64,000 nucleotides of DNA from Actinomycetota bacterium (lineage in GTDB: Bacteria; Actinomycetota; AC-67), in the NCBI GenBank assembly GCA_036397635.1, contig DASWIP010000080.1, positions 37,792-101,791 on the forward strand, written 5' to 3'. Position numbers and translations under genes: made by a program. Of the stretch, positions 45,940 to 55,191 are shown in pieces. Within the stretch, counting starts at the first letter, position 1, and each line of letters starts with the position of its first letter. The notes below the pieces were generated by a model. The model made no database searches, was not told the origin of the DNA, and saw nothing but the letters and a program-made list of their open reading frames with translations.

Positions 45940-47136
45940 TTAGGCCGATGCGACCACGCGCGCGGGACGGAAGCGGACGGGGAGGCGGTTGGGCGAGCGG
46001 AACGCGTCCCCTTGGATGTACGTCTCGCCGCCGTCCGCGTCCAGCCGCAGGTCCTCCAGCCGATCGAGCAGCGCGTTCATCGCCGTGGTCACCTCCGCGC
46101 GCGCGAGGTGCTCGCCCAGGCAGCGATGCGGCCCTTCGGCGAACGCGAGGTGCGGCGCGCGCACCGCGAACAGGTCGTAGCGGTCCGGATCCTCGAACAC
46201 CGCCTCATCCCTGTTGGCCGAGCCGAGCACCAATCCGATGTGCGCGCCGGCGGGGATCACGGCCGCACCCACCTCGACGTCGCGGGTCGTCATCCGCTCG
46301 ATGAACTGCACCGGGGTCTCCCAGCGCAGCGCCTCCTCGATCGCGGCGGGTAGAAGGTCACGCTGATCCCGTACGGCGTCGAGCTGCCGCGGGTCGTGCA
46401 GCAGCGCGAACAGCAGGGAGCCGAGCAACCGGTAGGTGGTCTCGGCGCCGGCCGGCAGCAGCAGCCGCAGGAACCCAAAGATCTCCTCGTCGGGCAAGGG
46501 CCGCCCGTCGATCTCGGCCCCGGCAAGCTCGCCGATGAGATCCTCGCGTGGGTCGCGACGACGCTGCTCGACGATCGGCGCGAGGTAGGAGCGCATCTCC
46601 TCGGCGGCCTGCAATCCGATCGAGGTCTCCGAGAGCCCGAGCATCGCGATCGACAGCCGAACGAACCGTGGATACTCCTCTCGCGGGATCCCGAGCAACT
46701 CGGCGATGATCTGGATGGGATAGCGGATCGTCACCTCCGAGACCAGCTCGGCGCGCCCGTGTCCGGCGATGCGGTCGATCAGGTCGTGGATCGTCGGCTC
46801 GATCAGGGTGGGCAGCACCCGCTCGATCGCGCGCCGGCGGAAGGTGCCGCCGATCAGCGCGCGATGCTGCTGATGCTCGGCGCCGTCCATCTGCAGGATC
46901 GACGGGCCGAACGCCAGACCGACCGAGTCCTCGTAGCCGCGCGACGAGAATGTCTGCGGGTCACGCAGCATCCGCTCCACGTCGGCGTAGCGGAAGATGG
47001 TGAACCACGCTCCCGCCGGATCCTGCTGCATCACCGGATCCTCCCGGCGCGCCCAGGCGTAATCCGGGTAGGGATCGCGCGCGTCGCCGACCGCGAGCTT
47101 GATCAGCGCGTCGAGGTCGTCGGGCCAGTCGCTCAC
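45940..47136 (-). CDS. Cytochrome P450
   Basis: Heme-ligand loop 'FAEGPHRCLGEHLA' and 'ETLR'-equivalent 'EEALRWETP'. Confidence 0.85.
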   Translation of the reverse strand: MSDWPDDLDALIKLAVGDARDPYPDYAWARREDPVMQQDPAGAWFTIFRYADVERMLRDPQTFSSRGYEDSVGLAFGPSILQMDGAEHQQHRALIGGTFRRRAIERVLPTLIEPTIHDLIDRIAGHGRAELVSEVTIRYPIQIIAELLGIPREEYPRFVRLSIAMLGLSETSIGLQAAEEMRSYLAPIVEQRRRDPREDLIGELAGAEIDGRPLPDEEIFGFLRLLLPAGAETTYRLLGSLLFALLHDPRQLDAVRDQRDLLPAAIEEALRWETPVQFIERMTTRDVEVGAAVIPAGAHIGLVLGSANRDEAVFEDPDRYDLFAVRAPHLAFAEGPHRCLGEHLARAEVTTAMNALLDRLEDLRLDADGGETYIQGDAFRSPNRLPVRFRPARVVASA

Positions 47137-48359
47137 GACGGCGAGAACCTGATCGGGACGCAGTTGGGCGAACGGAACGCGTAGCCGAGCACATGAGGGT
47201 CGCGTCCATCAGCGTCCAGCCGCAGATCCGGCAGCCGGTCGAGCAGCACGTCCAGCGAAACCGCCGCTTCGAGCCTGGCCAGATGCTCACCCAGGCAGCG
47301 GTGCACCCCGTCGCCGAACGCGACGTGGGGCGGCGGACCAGTCCGAGACAGATCGTAGGCGTCGGGGGCGTCGTAGCGAGCCTCGTCCCGGTTCGAGGCG
47401 CCCAGGTTCACGAACACCGGGGTTCCCTCCGCGATCGCGACCCCGGCCAGTTCGGTGTCCCGAGTCGCCTCGCGCATCGCGAACTGCACCGGCGCCTCCC
47501 AACGCAGCGACTCCTCGACCGCTTTCGCGATCAGGCTCCGGTCGGCGCGCACGGCCTCCAGCCGCGACGGCTGCTCGAGCAGCGCGAGCGTCATCGAGCC
47601 GAGCAGCCGATACGTGGTCGCCGCGCCCGCCGGGATCAGCAGTCGCAGGAACCCGTGGATCAGATCCTCGGGAAGCTTCTGCCCGTCGAGCTCAGCGGTG
47701 ACCAGATCGCTGATCACGTCATCGCCGGGCGCGGCGCGGCGCTGCTCGATCACGGTCGCGAAGTAGGCTTCGGCTTCCTTGGCGGCCGCGACGGCGCGAT
47801 CCCAGTCCACCGCGGCGCTCTCGAGCGATACCGCCCAGCGCTGCCAGCGCTCGAGATCGATCGCCGGCACGCCCAGGATCTGCGCGAAGACGCGCACCGG
47901 CACCTGCCAGGTGAACTCGCGCACCAGCTCGGCGTCGCCGCGCGCGGCGAACCGGTCGATGGCCTCGTGGGCGACCGGACGGATCAGGGTCTCCTCCCAC
48001 TGCTTGACCACGGTCGGCCGGAAGGCGTGCCCGATCAGCTTGCGGTGCACGAAATGCTCGCGGCCGTCCATCTCCAGGATCGTTCGCCCGAGCAGCGGTC
48101 GCATCCACGCGCCGTTGATCCGCGCCGAGAAGGTCTCCTCGTCGCGCAGGACGATCGATGCGACGTCGTAGGAGAAGACCATCGTGACCGGCACGCCCAG
48201 ATGCTTCGCCGGCGCGACCGGGGACGCGCGCCGAGCCTCGTGGTAGCGCGGGTACGGGTCGCGATCGTCGCCGATGTTGGCGGCGAGCAGATCGACCTCG
48301 CCGGTCGCCGACGCCCCCGGCTGGTCGGTCGCCCCGGGCACTGGCTGGTCGGTCGCCAC
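47133..48359 (-). CDS. Cytochrome P450 (tandem paralog)
   Basis: 'FGDGVHRCLGEHLA', 'EESLRWEAP'. ATGA overlap with the downstream P450. Confidence 0.85.
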   Translation of the reverse strand: MATDQPVPGATDQPGASATGEVDLLAANIGDDRDPYPRYHEARRASPVAPAKHLGVPVTMVFSYDVASIVLRDEETFSARINGAWMRPLLGRTILEMDGREHFVHRKLIGHAFRPTVVKQWEETLIRPVAHEAIDRFAARGDAELVREFTWQVPVRVFAQILGVPAIDLERWQRWAVSLESAAVDWDRAVAAAKEAEAYFATVIEQRRAAPGDDVISDLVTAELDGQKLPEDLIHGFLRLLIPAGAATTYRLLGSMTLALLEQPSRLEAVRADRSLIAKAVEESLRWEAPVQFAMREATRDTELAGVAIAEGTPVFVNLGASNRDEARYDAPDAYDLSRTGPPPHVAFGDGVHRCLGEHLARLEAAVSLDVLLDRLPDLRLDADGRDPHVLGYAFRSPNCVPIRFSPS

Positions 48360-48427
48360 GGGCTCCTCCCGGTTCGCCTGACGCGGGTGTCAGTCGCAGC
48401 CTACCCCCGCGTGGCTATGCTCCGCGC

Positions 48428-49510
48428 GTGACCGAGCCCCTCACCCCGATCTACGACGAGCCCGTCCGCGGCACCTACCCCTCACTGGCGTGGCTCGGGC
48501 TGCACGGTCGGGACCGGATGAGCACTGGCCGCGCGCTGAAGATCCCCCGTCCCCCCATGCATCACCTCACCGGTCTGCGTCCGGTCGCGATCGAGCAGGA
48601 CGAGGTCGCCTGGGAACTGCCGGCGAGCCCCTGGTTCCAGACCGCGGCCGGCCCGTTCCTCGGCGGAATCTCGGCGCTCGCGGCCGACGCACCCCTGGGC
48701 GGAGTCCTGTTCCCGCACCTCGAGCCCGGCGCCTACCCCACCTCCTCGGAGCTGTCGATGAGCTTCCTGCGCCCCGCCGGGGTCGCCAGCGAGAAGCTGG
48801 TGGCGCGCGCGCGCCTGATCGATGTCGGCCGCACCCAGGGGCTGTCGGAGGCGACCGTGGCGGACGCGCGCGGCCGTGTCGTCGCGCACATGACCTCCCG
48901 GTTGTTCATCAAGACCATCACCCCGGTGCCCGGCCCACCGGACGAACTCACGCTGCCCGAGCAACCCGTCTACGACACGCCCGATCCGTGGGAGCGCCCG
49001 CTTCCGGCGGCGCTCGGGCCCCTGCGCGCCGGGGAAACCTCGGGCATCGACGCGCTCCGCAGGATCGCCTCGGGCGAGTCGCCCGGCGGCCCGTTCATGC
49101 ATCTGTTCGGGATGCGTCTAACGGAAGCGGAGGAAGGCTCGGTGCGGCTGGTGATCCACGCGAGCGAATGGCTCAACAGCGCGGCGCGCGCCATCTACGG
49201 TGGCTTCCTCGCCCTGTTCGTCGACGCGGCGATGACCTTCGCGGTCACCTCGACCATCCCCGCCGGCGGCTCGTGCGCCGCGCTCGACGTCAAGGTGCAT
49301 TTCCTCCGGCCGGGGATCGCCGACGGGCGCGAGCTGGAATGCCGCGCGTTCGTGGTGCATCGGGGGCGCCGGTTCGCGGTGACGCAGGCCGAGCTGCTCA
49401 ACCCTGATGGCAAGCCGGTCGTGATCGCGAGCGGCTCGTCGATGGTCCTCGCCGATCGGCCCTGGGGCTCGATCGTGATCGCCGACGAGGACTCGCCGGG
49501 CGACGACTAG
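48428..49510 (+). CDS. Tandem hotdog-fold (PaaI-type) thioesterase
   Basis: Two PaaI-like halves ('...HLTGLRPVAIEQDEVAWELPA...' and '...HLFGMRLTEAEEGSVRLVIHASEW...'). GTG start. Confidence 0.65.
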   Translation: MTEPLTPIYDEPVRGTYPSLAWLGLHGRDRMSTGRALKIPRPPMHHLTGLRPVAIEQDEVAWELPASPWFQTAAGPFLGGISALAADAPLGGVLFPHLEPGAYPTSSELSMSFLRPAGVASEKLVARARLIDVGRTQGLSEATVADARGRVVAHMTSRLFIKTITPVPGPPDELTLPEQPVYDTPDPWERPLPAALGPLRAGETSGIDALRRIASGESPGGPFMHLFGMRLTEAEEGSVRLVIHASEWLNSAARAIYGGFLALFVDAAMTFAVTSTIPAGGSCAALDVKVHFLRPGIADGRELECRAFVVHRGRRFAVTQAELLNPDGKPVVIASGSSMVLADRPWGSIVIADEDSPGDD

Positions 49511-50340
49511 CTCTCGTAGCCTGCGTCGCGATCGCGGAAGACGTCCTTCATCGAACCTTTCTGCTGGCGAGCAGCGAGCGCGTCCAGCGACGTCTTGGTG
49601 TTGTGCTGGAACTGGTGGACCATGAAGTGGTACTCGAGCGCCGCGCGGTACCCACCGAGGTCCATCGCGTGATTGACCGAGCGCTTGATGTTCTGCGCGG
49701 TGATCGCCGGCAGCCGCGCCACCTTCTCGGCCAGCTCGAACGTCGCCTCCTCCAGCAGCGCGCGCGGCACCACCCGGTTCACGAACCCGAGCCGGTGTGC
49801 CTCGGGAGCCTCCAACGCGTCGCCGGTGAACAGCAACTCCTTCGCCTTCCGCGGTCCCAACTCGATCTCCGCGAGCAGCTCCACCCCCGCCGCCGTCATG
49901 CGCGCGACCGGGTTCTGGAACACCGCGTCGTCGGCGCACACGATCAGGTCGCACATCGCCGCGAGCATCCATCCGGCAGCGACCACGTGGCCCTGCACCA
50001 TCGCGATCGTCGGCGTGCGCAGGTCGCGGATCGCTAGGCATTTGTCGAAGTACTGGGTGCGTTCGTGGTCGAACTTGCCCTCGGGCGTCAGTCGCTTCTC
50101 GTGCCACTCGTCGGCGGGCGCTTCGCCGACGTAGGCCTTCAAGTCGTGCCCAGAGGACCAGTGGTCGCCGGCACCGGCCAGCACGATCACTCGAACGTCC
50201 GGGTCACGGTCGGCGACGCGCATCGCGTCGTCCAGCTCGTCGATCAGCGCGGTGTTCTGCGCGTTGCGCACCTCGGGCCTGTTCATGGTCACCAGCTCGA
50301 TGGCGCCGCGCCGCTCGACCAATAACGTCTGGTAGCCCAT
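49507..50340 (-). CDS. Enoyl-CoA hydratase/isomerase-family protein
   Basis: 'VTMNRPEVRNAQN', 'GAGDHWSSGHDL'. ATG at 50340 with SD 'GGGGAGGA'. The longer ORF extension is low-complexity. Confidence 0.75.
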   Translation of the reverse strand: MGYQTLLVERRGAIELVTMNRPEVRNAQNTALIDELDDAMRVADRDPDVRVIVLAGAGDHWSSGHDLKAYVGEAPADEWHEKRLTPEGKFDHERTQYFDKCLAIRDLRTPTIAMVQGHVVAAGWMLAAMCDLIVCADDAVFQNPVARMTAAGVELLAEIELGPRKAKELLFTGDALEAPEAHRLGFVNRVVPRALLEEATFELAEKVARLPAITAQNIKRSVNHAMDLGGYRAALEYHFMVHQFQHNTKTSLDALAARQQKGSMKDVFRDRDAGYES

Positions 50341-50531
50341 CAATCCTCCCCGGCCCAACGGCGCTGGATCTGCTGCTCGCGCACGCGGCAGGACCTCTCG
50401 AGCGCCCCCGACGCTCGCGCCAGCTCGCGTGCCTCCTCGAACCAGCGCACGCGCTCCTGAACCGGAAGACGCGCGATCTCGCGCAGTTGCGCGCGTCGGT
50501 GCTCGTCCCACGACACCGGCCAGTCACTCAC
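50340..50531 (-). CDS. Small Arg/Glu-rich hypothetical protein (63 aa)
   Basis: GC3-rich codons. GTG start overlaps the NTase stop. Its stop overlaps the hydratase ATG, and its 3' end encodes the hydratase SD. Confidence 0.4.
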   Translation of the reverse strand: MSDWPVSWDEHRRAQLREIARLPVQERVRWFEEARELARASGALERSCRVREQQIQRRWAGED

Positions 50532-51015
50532 GTTGATGTATCGCCTCCAGCGCTTCGATATCGGCCAGGTCTTGGTGCCGTCCGGCCGCGCGTTTCATCG
50601 CGAGCAAGTGCTCGAGTGACACGATACGCGTTTCCGTGACTCCGTAGGGAACAACGATCGACGACGCCCACATCTCCTGGAACGGGAACGGCTCCTCGAC
50701 GAACACGTCCACCCTGCGGGTGAGGTCGTGAACGTCTCTCATGGGGAAGGCCTGCATGTTCCGCTCATCGATCCAGCGTCGTCGCGTCTCAGGATCTGCG
50801 AACGATGCGGCGTCGACAGGTACCGAGGGCGTGAGCCCCAGCCCACTGAGAGCATCCATCGTCCGCCGGGCGTTATCGGGCTCCAGGTCGACGATGAGAT
50901 CAACGTCAAGCGTCAGGCGAGCGTGCCCATGCAGGACCACGGCCAGGCCGCCGACGACCAGGTAGCGCACCCGGGCCTCGTTCAGCGATCGGAGCAGCTC
51001 CTCGACGAAGGTCAC
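50524..51015 (-). CDS. Minimal nucleotidyltransferase-fold protein
   Basis: 'VVGGLAVVLHGHARLTLDVDLIV' (GG...hG..R.T.DxD NTase motif). C-terminal 'HLLAMKRAAGRHQDLADIEALE'. Confidence 0.6.
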   Translation of the reverse strand: MTFVEELLRSLNEARVRYLVVGGLAVVLHGHARLTLDVDLIVDLEPDNARRTMDALSGLGLTPSVPVDAASFADPETRRRWIDERNMQAFPMRDVHDLTRRVDVFVEEPFPFQEMWASSIVVPYGVTETRIVSLEHLLAMKRAAGRHQDLADIEALEAIHQRE

Positions 51016-51059
51016 GCCCCATTATCCGCGCCGCACGGCCGCAAACGCCGAAGAGGGGG

Positions 51060-52232
51060 CTAGGCCTTCGGCTCGCGGGGCAGGCCCAAGATGCGCTCGG
51101 CGATGATGTTGCGCTGGATCTCGCTGGTGCCGCCTGCGATCGACGCCGCGCGCGACCACAACATCGCGCGCGCCCAGCGTCCGCCGTCCACGGCGAGGGG
51201 ATCCTCGGCGAGGCGCAGCGCGTCCGATCCGATGATCGCGCCCGCGTGCTCGGCCATCCGCTGCGTCGTCTCGGTCCAGAACAGCTTCACCATCGACGAC
51301 TCCGGCCCGACCTGCTCGCCCTTCTCGAGCCTCGTCAGCGTGCGCGCATTGTGAAGCCGGAACAGTTCGACATCCATCCACGACTGCGCCACCTTCTGCC
51401 GTACCAGCGGATCGTCGTACAGGCCGCGCGCGACGGCGGTCCGTAGCAGGAGGTCGCGGGCAACCTCCTGTAGCACTTGCTCCTTCCACACGAAGCTGGT
51501 CCCGCGCTCGTTCGCCAGCGTCGTTCCGGCGACGCGCCAGCCCTCGTTCTCGTTGCCGATCAGATTCTCGGCCGGGACCGGTACCTCGTCGAAGAACACC
51601 TCGTTGAACTCGGACTCGCCGGTGATCTGACGGAGCGGTCGCACGTCGATGCCGGATGCGTCCAGCGGGACGGCGACCATCGAGATCCCCCGGTGCTTCG
51701 GCGCCTCTGCGTCGGTGCGCACGAGCGCGATCCCGAAGTCGGCGACCTTTGCGTAGGACGACCATACCTTCTGACCGGTCACGTAGAACGTGTCGCCGCG
51801 ACGCTCCGCGCGCGTGGACAGCCCGGCGAGGTCGCTGCCGGCCCCGGGCTCGGAGAAGAACTGGCACCAGATCTCGCTCGCATCCAGGATCTTCGGCAGC
51901 CATCGCTCCTTCTGCTGCTCGGTCCCGTGGGCCATCAGCGTGGGACCGACCAGGTTCACGCCGGCGCGTCCGAGGATCTGCGGGGCGCGCGCGCGCGCGA
52001 GTTCCTCGTTGTAGATCGCGACCTGGACCAGCGATGCGCCACGGCCTCCGTACTCGGAGGGCCAGTGGATGCCGACCCAGCGGCCGGCGGCGAGCGTCCG
52101 CTGCCACTCGCGCAGCGTTTCCACCTCGCGGAAGTCCGAGGCGACATCGATGTCCGGCGGCGGATGCTCGGCCAGCCACCCACGAAGCTCGTCCCGGAAG
52201 GAGAGATCGTCGGCGGAGAGGTCGAAGTCCAT
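51060..52232 (-). CDS. Acyl-CoA dehydrogenase (paralog of 43495..44655)
   Basis: Same architecture, C-terminal 'GGTSEIQRNIIAER'. Confidence 0.8.
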   Translation of the reverse strand: MDFDLSADDLSFRDELRGWLAEHPPPDIDVASDFREVETLREWQRTLAAGRWVGIHWPSEYGGRGASLVQVAIYNEELARARAPQILGRAGVNLVGPTLMAHGTEQQKERWLPKILDASEIWCQFFSEPGAGSDLAGLSTRAERRGDTFYVTGQKVWSSYAKVADFGIALVRTDAEAPKHRGISMVAVPLDASGIDVRPLRQITGESEFNEVFFDEVPVPAENLIGNENEGWRVAGTTLANERGTSFVWKEQVLQEVARDLLLRTAVARGLYDDPLVRQKVAQSWMDVELFRLHNARTLTRLEKGEQVGPESSMVKLFWTETTQRMAEHAGAIIGSDALRLAEDPLAVDGGRWARAMLWSRAASIAGGTSEIQRNIIAERILGLPREPKA

Positions 52233-52279
52233 CTCGCAAGGATGACAGAGCGCTGCCGGCTGGGGCGAACCCGGGACGA

Positions 52280-52308
52280 CGACGGCGGGGGCACAGCCCC
52301 CGCCGTCG
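52280..52308. terminator. GC-rich hairpin (13-bp stem) downstream of the secreted-protein gene
   Basis: 'cgacggcgggggc aca gcccccgccgtcg'. Confidence 0.4.
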
Positions 52309-52321
52309 GTTTCAGCGGCGT

Positions 52322-52984
52322 CTAGATTGTTGCGTCGTTCGCCATCATGTCGGCGTCTACCACCATGGTTCGCTTGCCGACGATGGCCTTCGCGTTGCCA
52401 GTCCCGGTCACGTTGGCGGTCAGAGAACTCTTGACCACGATCTCGTGGATCCCTGATCCGACGTTGAGCCAGATCCAGCTGAAGCTGTTGGCTGCGCGCG
52501 TGTCCAGGTACTGTCGGAACTCGTGATCGTCTTCGTCGTCGTCGTCGGGGCCGATCGTGACCTGGTTGAACTGCGCGCGGTTGCAGAACACGACGCGCCC
52601 GTTATCCCCTTCGGTCACCGGCACCGGCGTCCCATCGATCTCGACCCACACCTCGATCTTGGCGATCGCCTCCGAGGAATCCGACTCGCCGGCGCCCGCC
52701 GGGGTGCGGATGATGGTGTCGGTGAACAGTGCGCACTCGGCGTTGACCTCGATCAGGAGATCCGTCGGAGACGAGGTGCGCATCGTCCCGCTGAGCAGGA
52801 CGGCTTCCTCCGACGCGGCACCGTCGACCAGCGGGGCGGTCATGACCTCCATCGTGGAGCCGGCAGCGACCACCTTGTTGGCAGGCTGATGGGTGGCGCC
52901 GGCGGGCGCGATGAGGCTGGCGGTCAGCGCACCGATAACTGCGGCGGCCAGAACCATGGACCATCTGACGGCGGGTTTCCTCAC
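52322..52984 (-). CDS. Secreted hypothetical protein
   Basis: Signal peptide 'MRKPAVRWSMVLAAAVIGALTASLIAPAGA'. Acidic 'DDDDEDDHE' stretch. Confidence 0.5.
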   Translation of the reverse strand: MRKPAVRWSMVLAAAVIGALTASLIAPAGATHQPANKVVAAGSTMEVMTAPLVDGAASEEAVLLSGTMRTSSPTDLLIEVNAECALFTDTIIRTPAGAGESDSSEAIAKIEVWVEIDGTPVPVTEGDNGRVVFCNRAQFNQVTIGPDDDDEDDHEFRQYLDTRAANSFSWIWLNVGSGIHEIVVKSSLTANVTGTGNAKAIVGKRTMVVDADMMANDATI

Positions 52985-53196
52985 GTGACGACCTCCTTCG
53001 CTGGGACTTCAGTCCCAATTCGGGCCGGAGAACGTGCTTCCCTCCCGGCGGGTCCGGATTGCCTGTTTCAGGTTACCCGCCAGTCCGTGGACCAAACCTC
53101 GCAAATGGCTCAGAGCGAAACCTGACGCTTCTGTCACGCTTCGAGCACCCCGCAGTAGGATGGCCGCCGACCCGAGCTCGTCCGAGGAGGCGAACG

Positions 53197-54330
53197 ATGG
53201 CCCGGCAGTACCAGGTGATCTCCACCGACGACCACATCATCGAACCCGAAGGCCTGTTCGACGGCAGGCTCCCGGCGGAGTTCGCCGACCGGACGCCCCG
53301 ACTCGAGCACGGCGAGGATGGCTCGGCTTGGCACGTCCCGGGGATCGAGAAGCCGATCCAGATGAGCGGCCTGTCTACAGCCGCCGGGCAGAAGGTCGAG
53401 GAGTTCAGCCCCAAGTCCAAGACCTTCGAGCAGATGCGCCCCGGATGCTACGACCCCGCCGAGCGCCTCAAGGACATGGAAATCGACGGCGTGGACGCCC
53501 AGGTGTGCTTCCCCACGCTCCCGGGGCTGGCCGGGATGGACTTCATCGAGATCGAGGACCGGGCTTACGCGCTCGCGCTGATCCGCGCCTACAACGACTG
53601 GCTGGTGGACGAGTGGAACGCCGCTGACCCCGAGCGTCTGTTCGGGGCCGCCATCCTCCCCCTGTGGGACCTGGACGCGTCCGCCGCCGAGGTGCGCCGG
53701 GTCGCCGGACGCGGGATCCGGGTGGTCTCGCTGCCGTCCAGCCCCGGCACGATCCCCGGGTGCAAGAACTTCCCCGACCCAGCCTGGGAGCCATTGTGGG
53801 ACGCGCTCGAGGAGACGGGCCTGCCCGCGGAGATCCACATCGTCAGCGGCAAGGCCGACCTCTCCGCGTTGCAGGCGACCGGCGCCGGCACCGAGATCTT
53901 CGTGGCGCTCGCGCCGTCATCCAACATGACCACGGTCGCCACCCTGCTGTTCAGCGGCATCCTGCACAAGCACCCAAAGCTGAAGTTCATCTCCGCCGAG
54001 TCCGGCATCGGCTGGCTCCCCTACTTCATCGAGCGGGCCGACTACGCGCACCGCAAGCACCGCTTCTGGACCGGATCGAACATCGAAGTGATGCCCTCGG
54101 AACTGTTCCGCCAGTCCATCTACGCGAACTTCATCAGCGACAAGGCCGGCGTCGAGATGCGCCACCTGATCGGCGTGGACAACATCATGCTCGGCACCGA
54201 TTATCCGCACACCGATTCGTCGTGGCCGGAAACCCGGCGCGTGATCAAGGAGCAGATGGGCGACATCCCCGAGGACGAGCGCCACAAGATCTGCGCCGGT
54301 AACGCGATGCGCGTGCTGAACCTGGGGTAG
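53197..54330 (+). CDS. Amidohydrolase-2-family metal-dependent hydrolase
   Basis: 'ISTDDHIIEP' start, 'GTDYPH' C-terminal metal-ligand motif. SD 'GAGGAGG'. Confidence 0.8.
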   Translation: MARQYQVISTDDHIIEPEGLFDGRLPAEFADRTPRLEHGEDGSAWHVPGIEKPIQMSGLSTAAGQKVEEFSPKSKTFEQMRPGCYDPAERLKDMEIDGVDAQVCFPTLPGLAGMDFIEIEDRAYALALIRAYNDWLVDEWNAADPERLFGAAILPLWDLDASAAEVRRVAGRGIRVVSLPSSPGTIPGCKNFPDPAWEPLWDALEETGLPAEIHIVSGKADLSALQATGAGTEIFVALAPSSNMTTVATLLFSGILHKHPKLKFISAESGIGWLPYFIERADYAHRKHRFWTGSNIEVMPSELFRQSIYANFISDKAGVEMRHLIGVDNIMLGTDYPHTDSSWPETRRVIKEQMGDIPEDERHKICAGNAMRVLNLG

Positions 54331-54390
54331 CGCGCTGTATCCGGTCGAGCTGACCGGAACAGGCTCCGACTGCGCGAGCTGGACCCGTCG

Positions 54391-54777
54391 ATGACCGACG
54401 CCGTCTGGCCGATCGTCGCCGAGGAGACGCAGATCTTCGGTCCCCCGGGCTTCGCCCGCACGCGCGAGGAACTCCGTGACTGGCTGCTCGAGCAGCGCTC
54501 CGCCGCGCGCGCGCCCATCTACCGCGGGCGAGGCTACGCCGCCGAAGCCGCGCCGCTGGTCGTCGGCTTCGGTTTCGAGCAGCTCTCCCTTCGGCGCTTC
54601 GACGCGCTGATCGAACCGTACAACCGCGACGTCGATGAGGGTGGCCGAACAGCTCGGGATGCGACGCGACGAGGTGCTCGAGGGCGTGATCGAGACCGGA
54701 CCCGGCGAGTCGAGGAACGCTGTCCGCTACTCGCTCGTCCGTCGGGGAGGCGCCGATATTTCCTGAGGAGATGTGCG
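54391..54777 (+). pseudogene. Decayed GNAT (RimJ/RimL-like) acetyltransferase remnant
   Basis: Frame 1 carries 'GRGYAAEAAPLVVGFGFEQLSLRRFDALIEPYNRD'. The +1 frame continues 'SMRVAEQLGMRRDEVLEGVIETGPGESRNAVRYSLVRRG'. Motif A is missing, so there is a frameshift plus an internal deletion. Confidence 0.5.
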
Positions 54778-54866
54778 CACTTCAGCGCAGCACGTCCGCC
54801 GTATCCCCAGCTATGCTCGCCGCGCCGGCCCGCAGCCGGCTTCGTTCCGGAAGGGGGTGAACGATC

Positions 54867-55121
54867 ATGCGACGATCCGTCGCGGTCATGCTCTTGACGG
54901 TTGTATTCATCTTCGGGTTGGGTGCGGCTTCGGCCTCGGCCGTCCCGTTGCACCAGCACCAACTGACAACGCCCAATGGCAAGCAAGTGCTGGTAGCTGA
55001 TGGGTTCTGCCGGGTGCCGGAGATCTTCGGCGAGGGAGGACGCGCCCATCAGGCGCTCCACAATTTCCACCAGCACGTCCACCTGGGGAGCCCACCCGTA
55101 GGCTTGGCGTTCTTCTGCTAG
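54867..55121 (+). CDS. Small secreted His-rich hypothetical protein
   Basis: SD 'AAGGGGGTGA', signal peptide 'MRRSVAVMLLTVVFIFGLGAASASA'. 84 aa. Confidence 0.45.
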   Translation: MRRSVAVMLLTVVFIFGLGAASASAVPLHQHQLTTPNGKQVLVADGFCRVPEIFGEGGRAHQALHNFHQHVHLGSPPVGLAFFC

Positions 55122-55191
55122 ACCTTCACATCTGAGCCGGGCCCGCGAGCCAATCGCGGACCCGGCTCGATGGGCGCGCTAGCCTGGGCTC

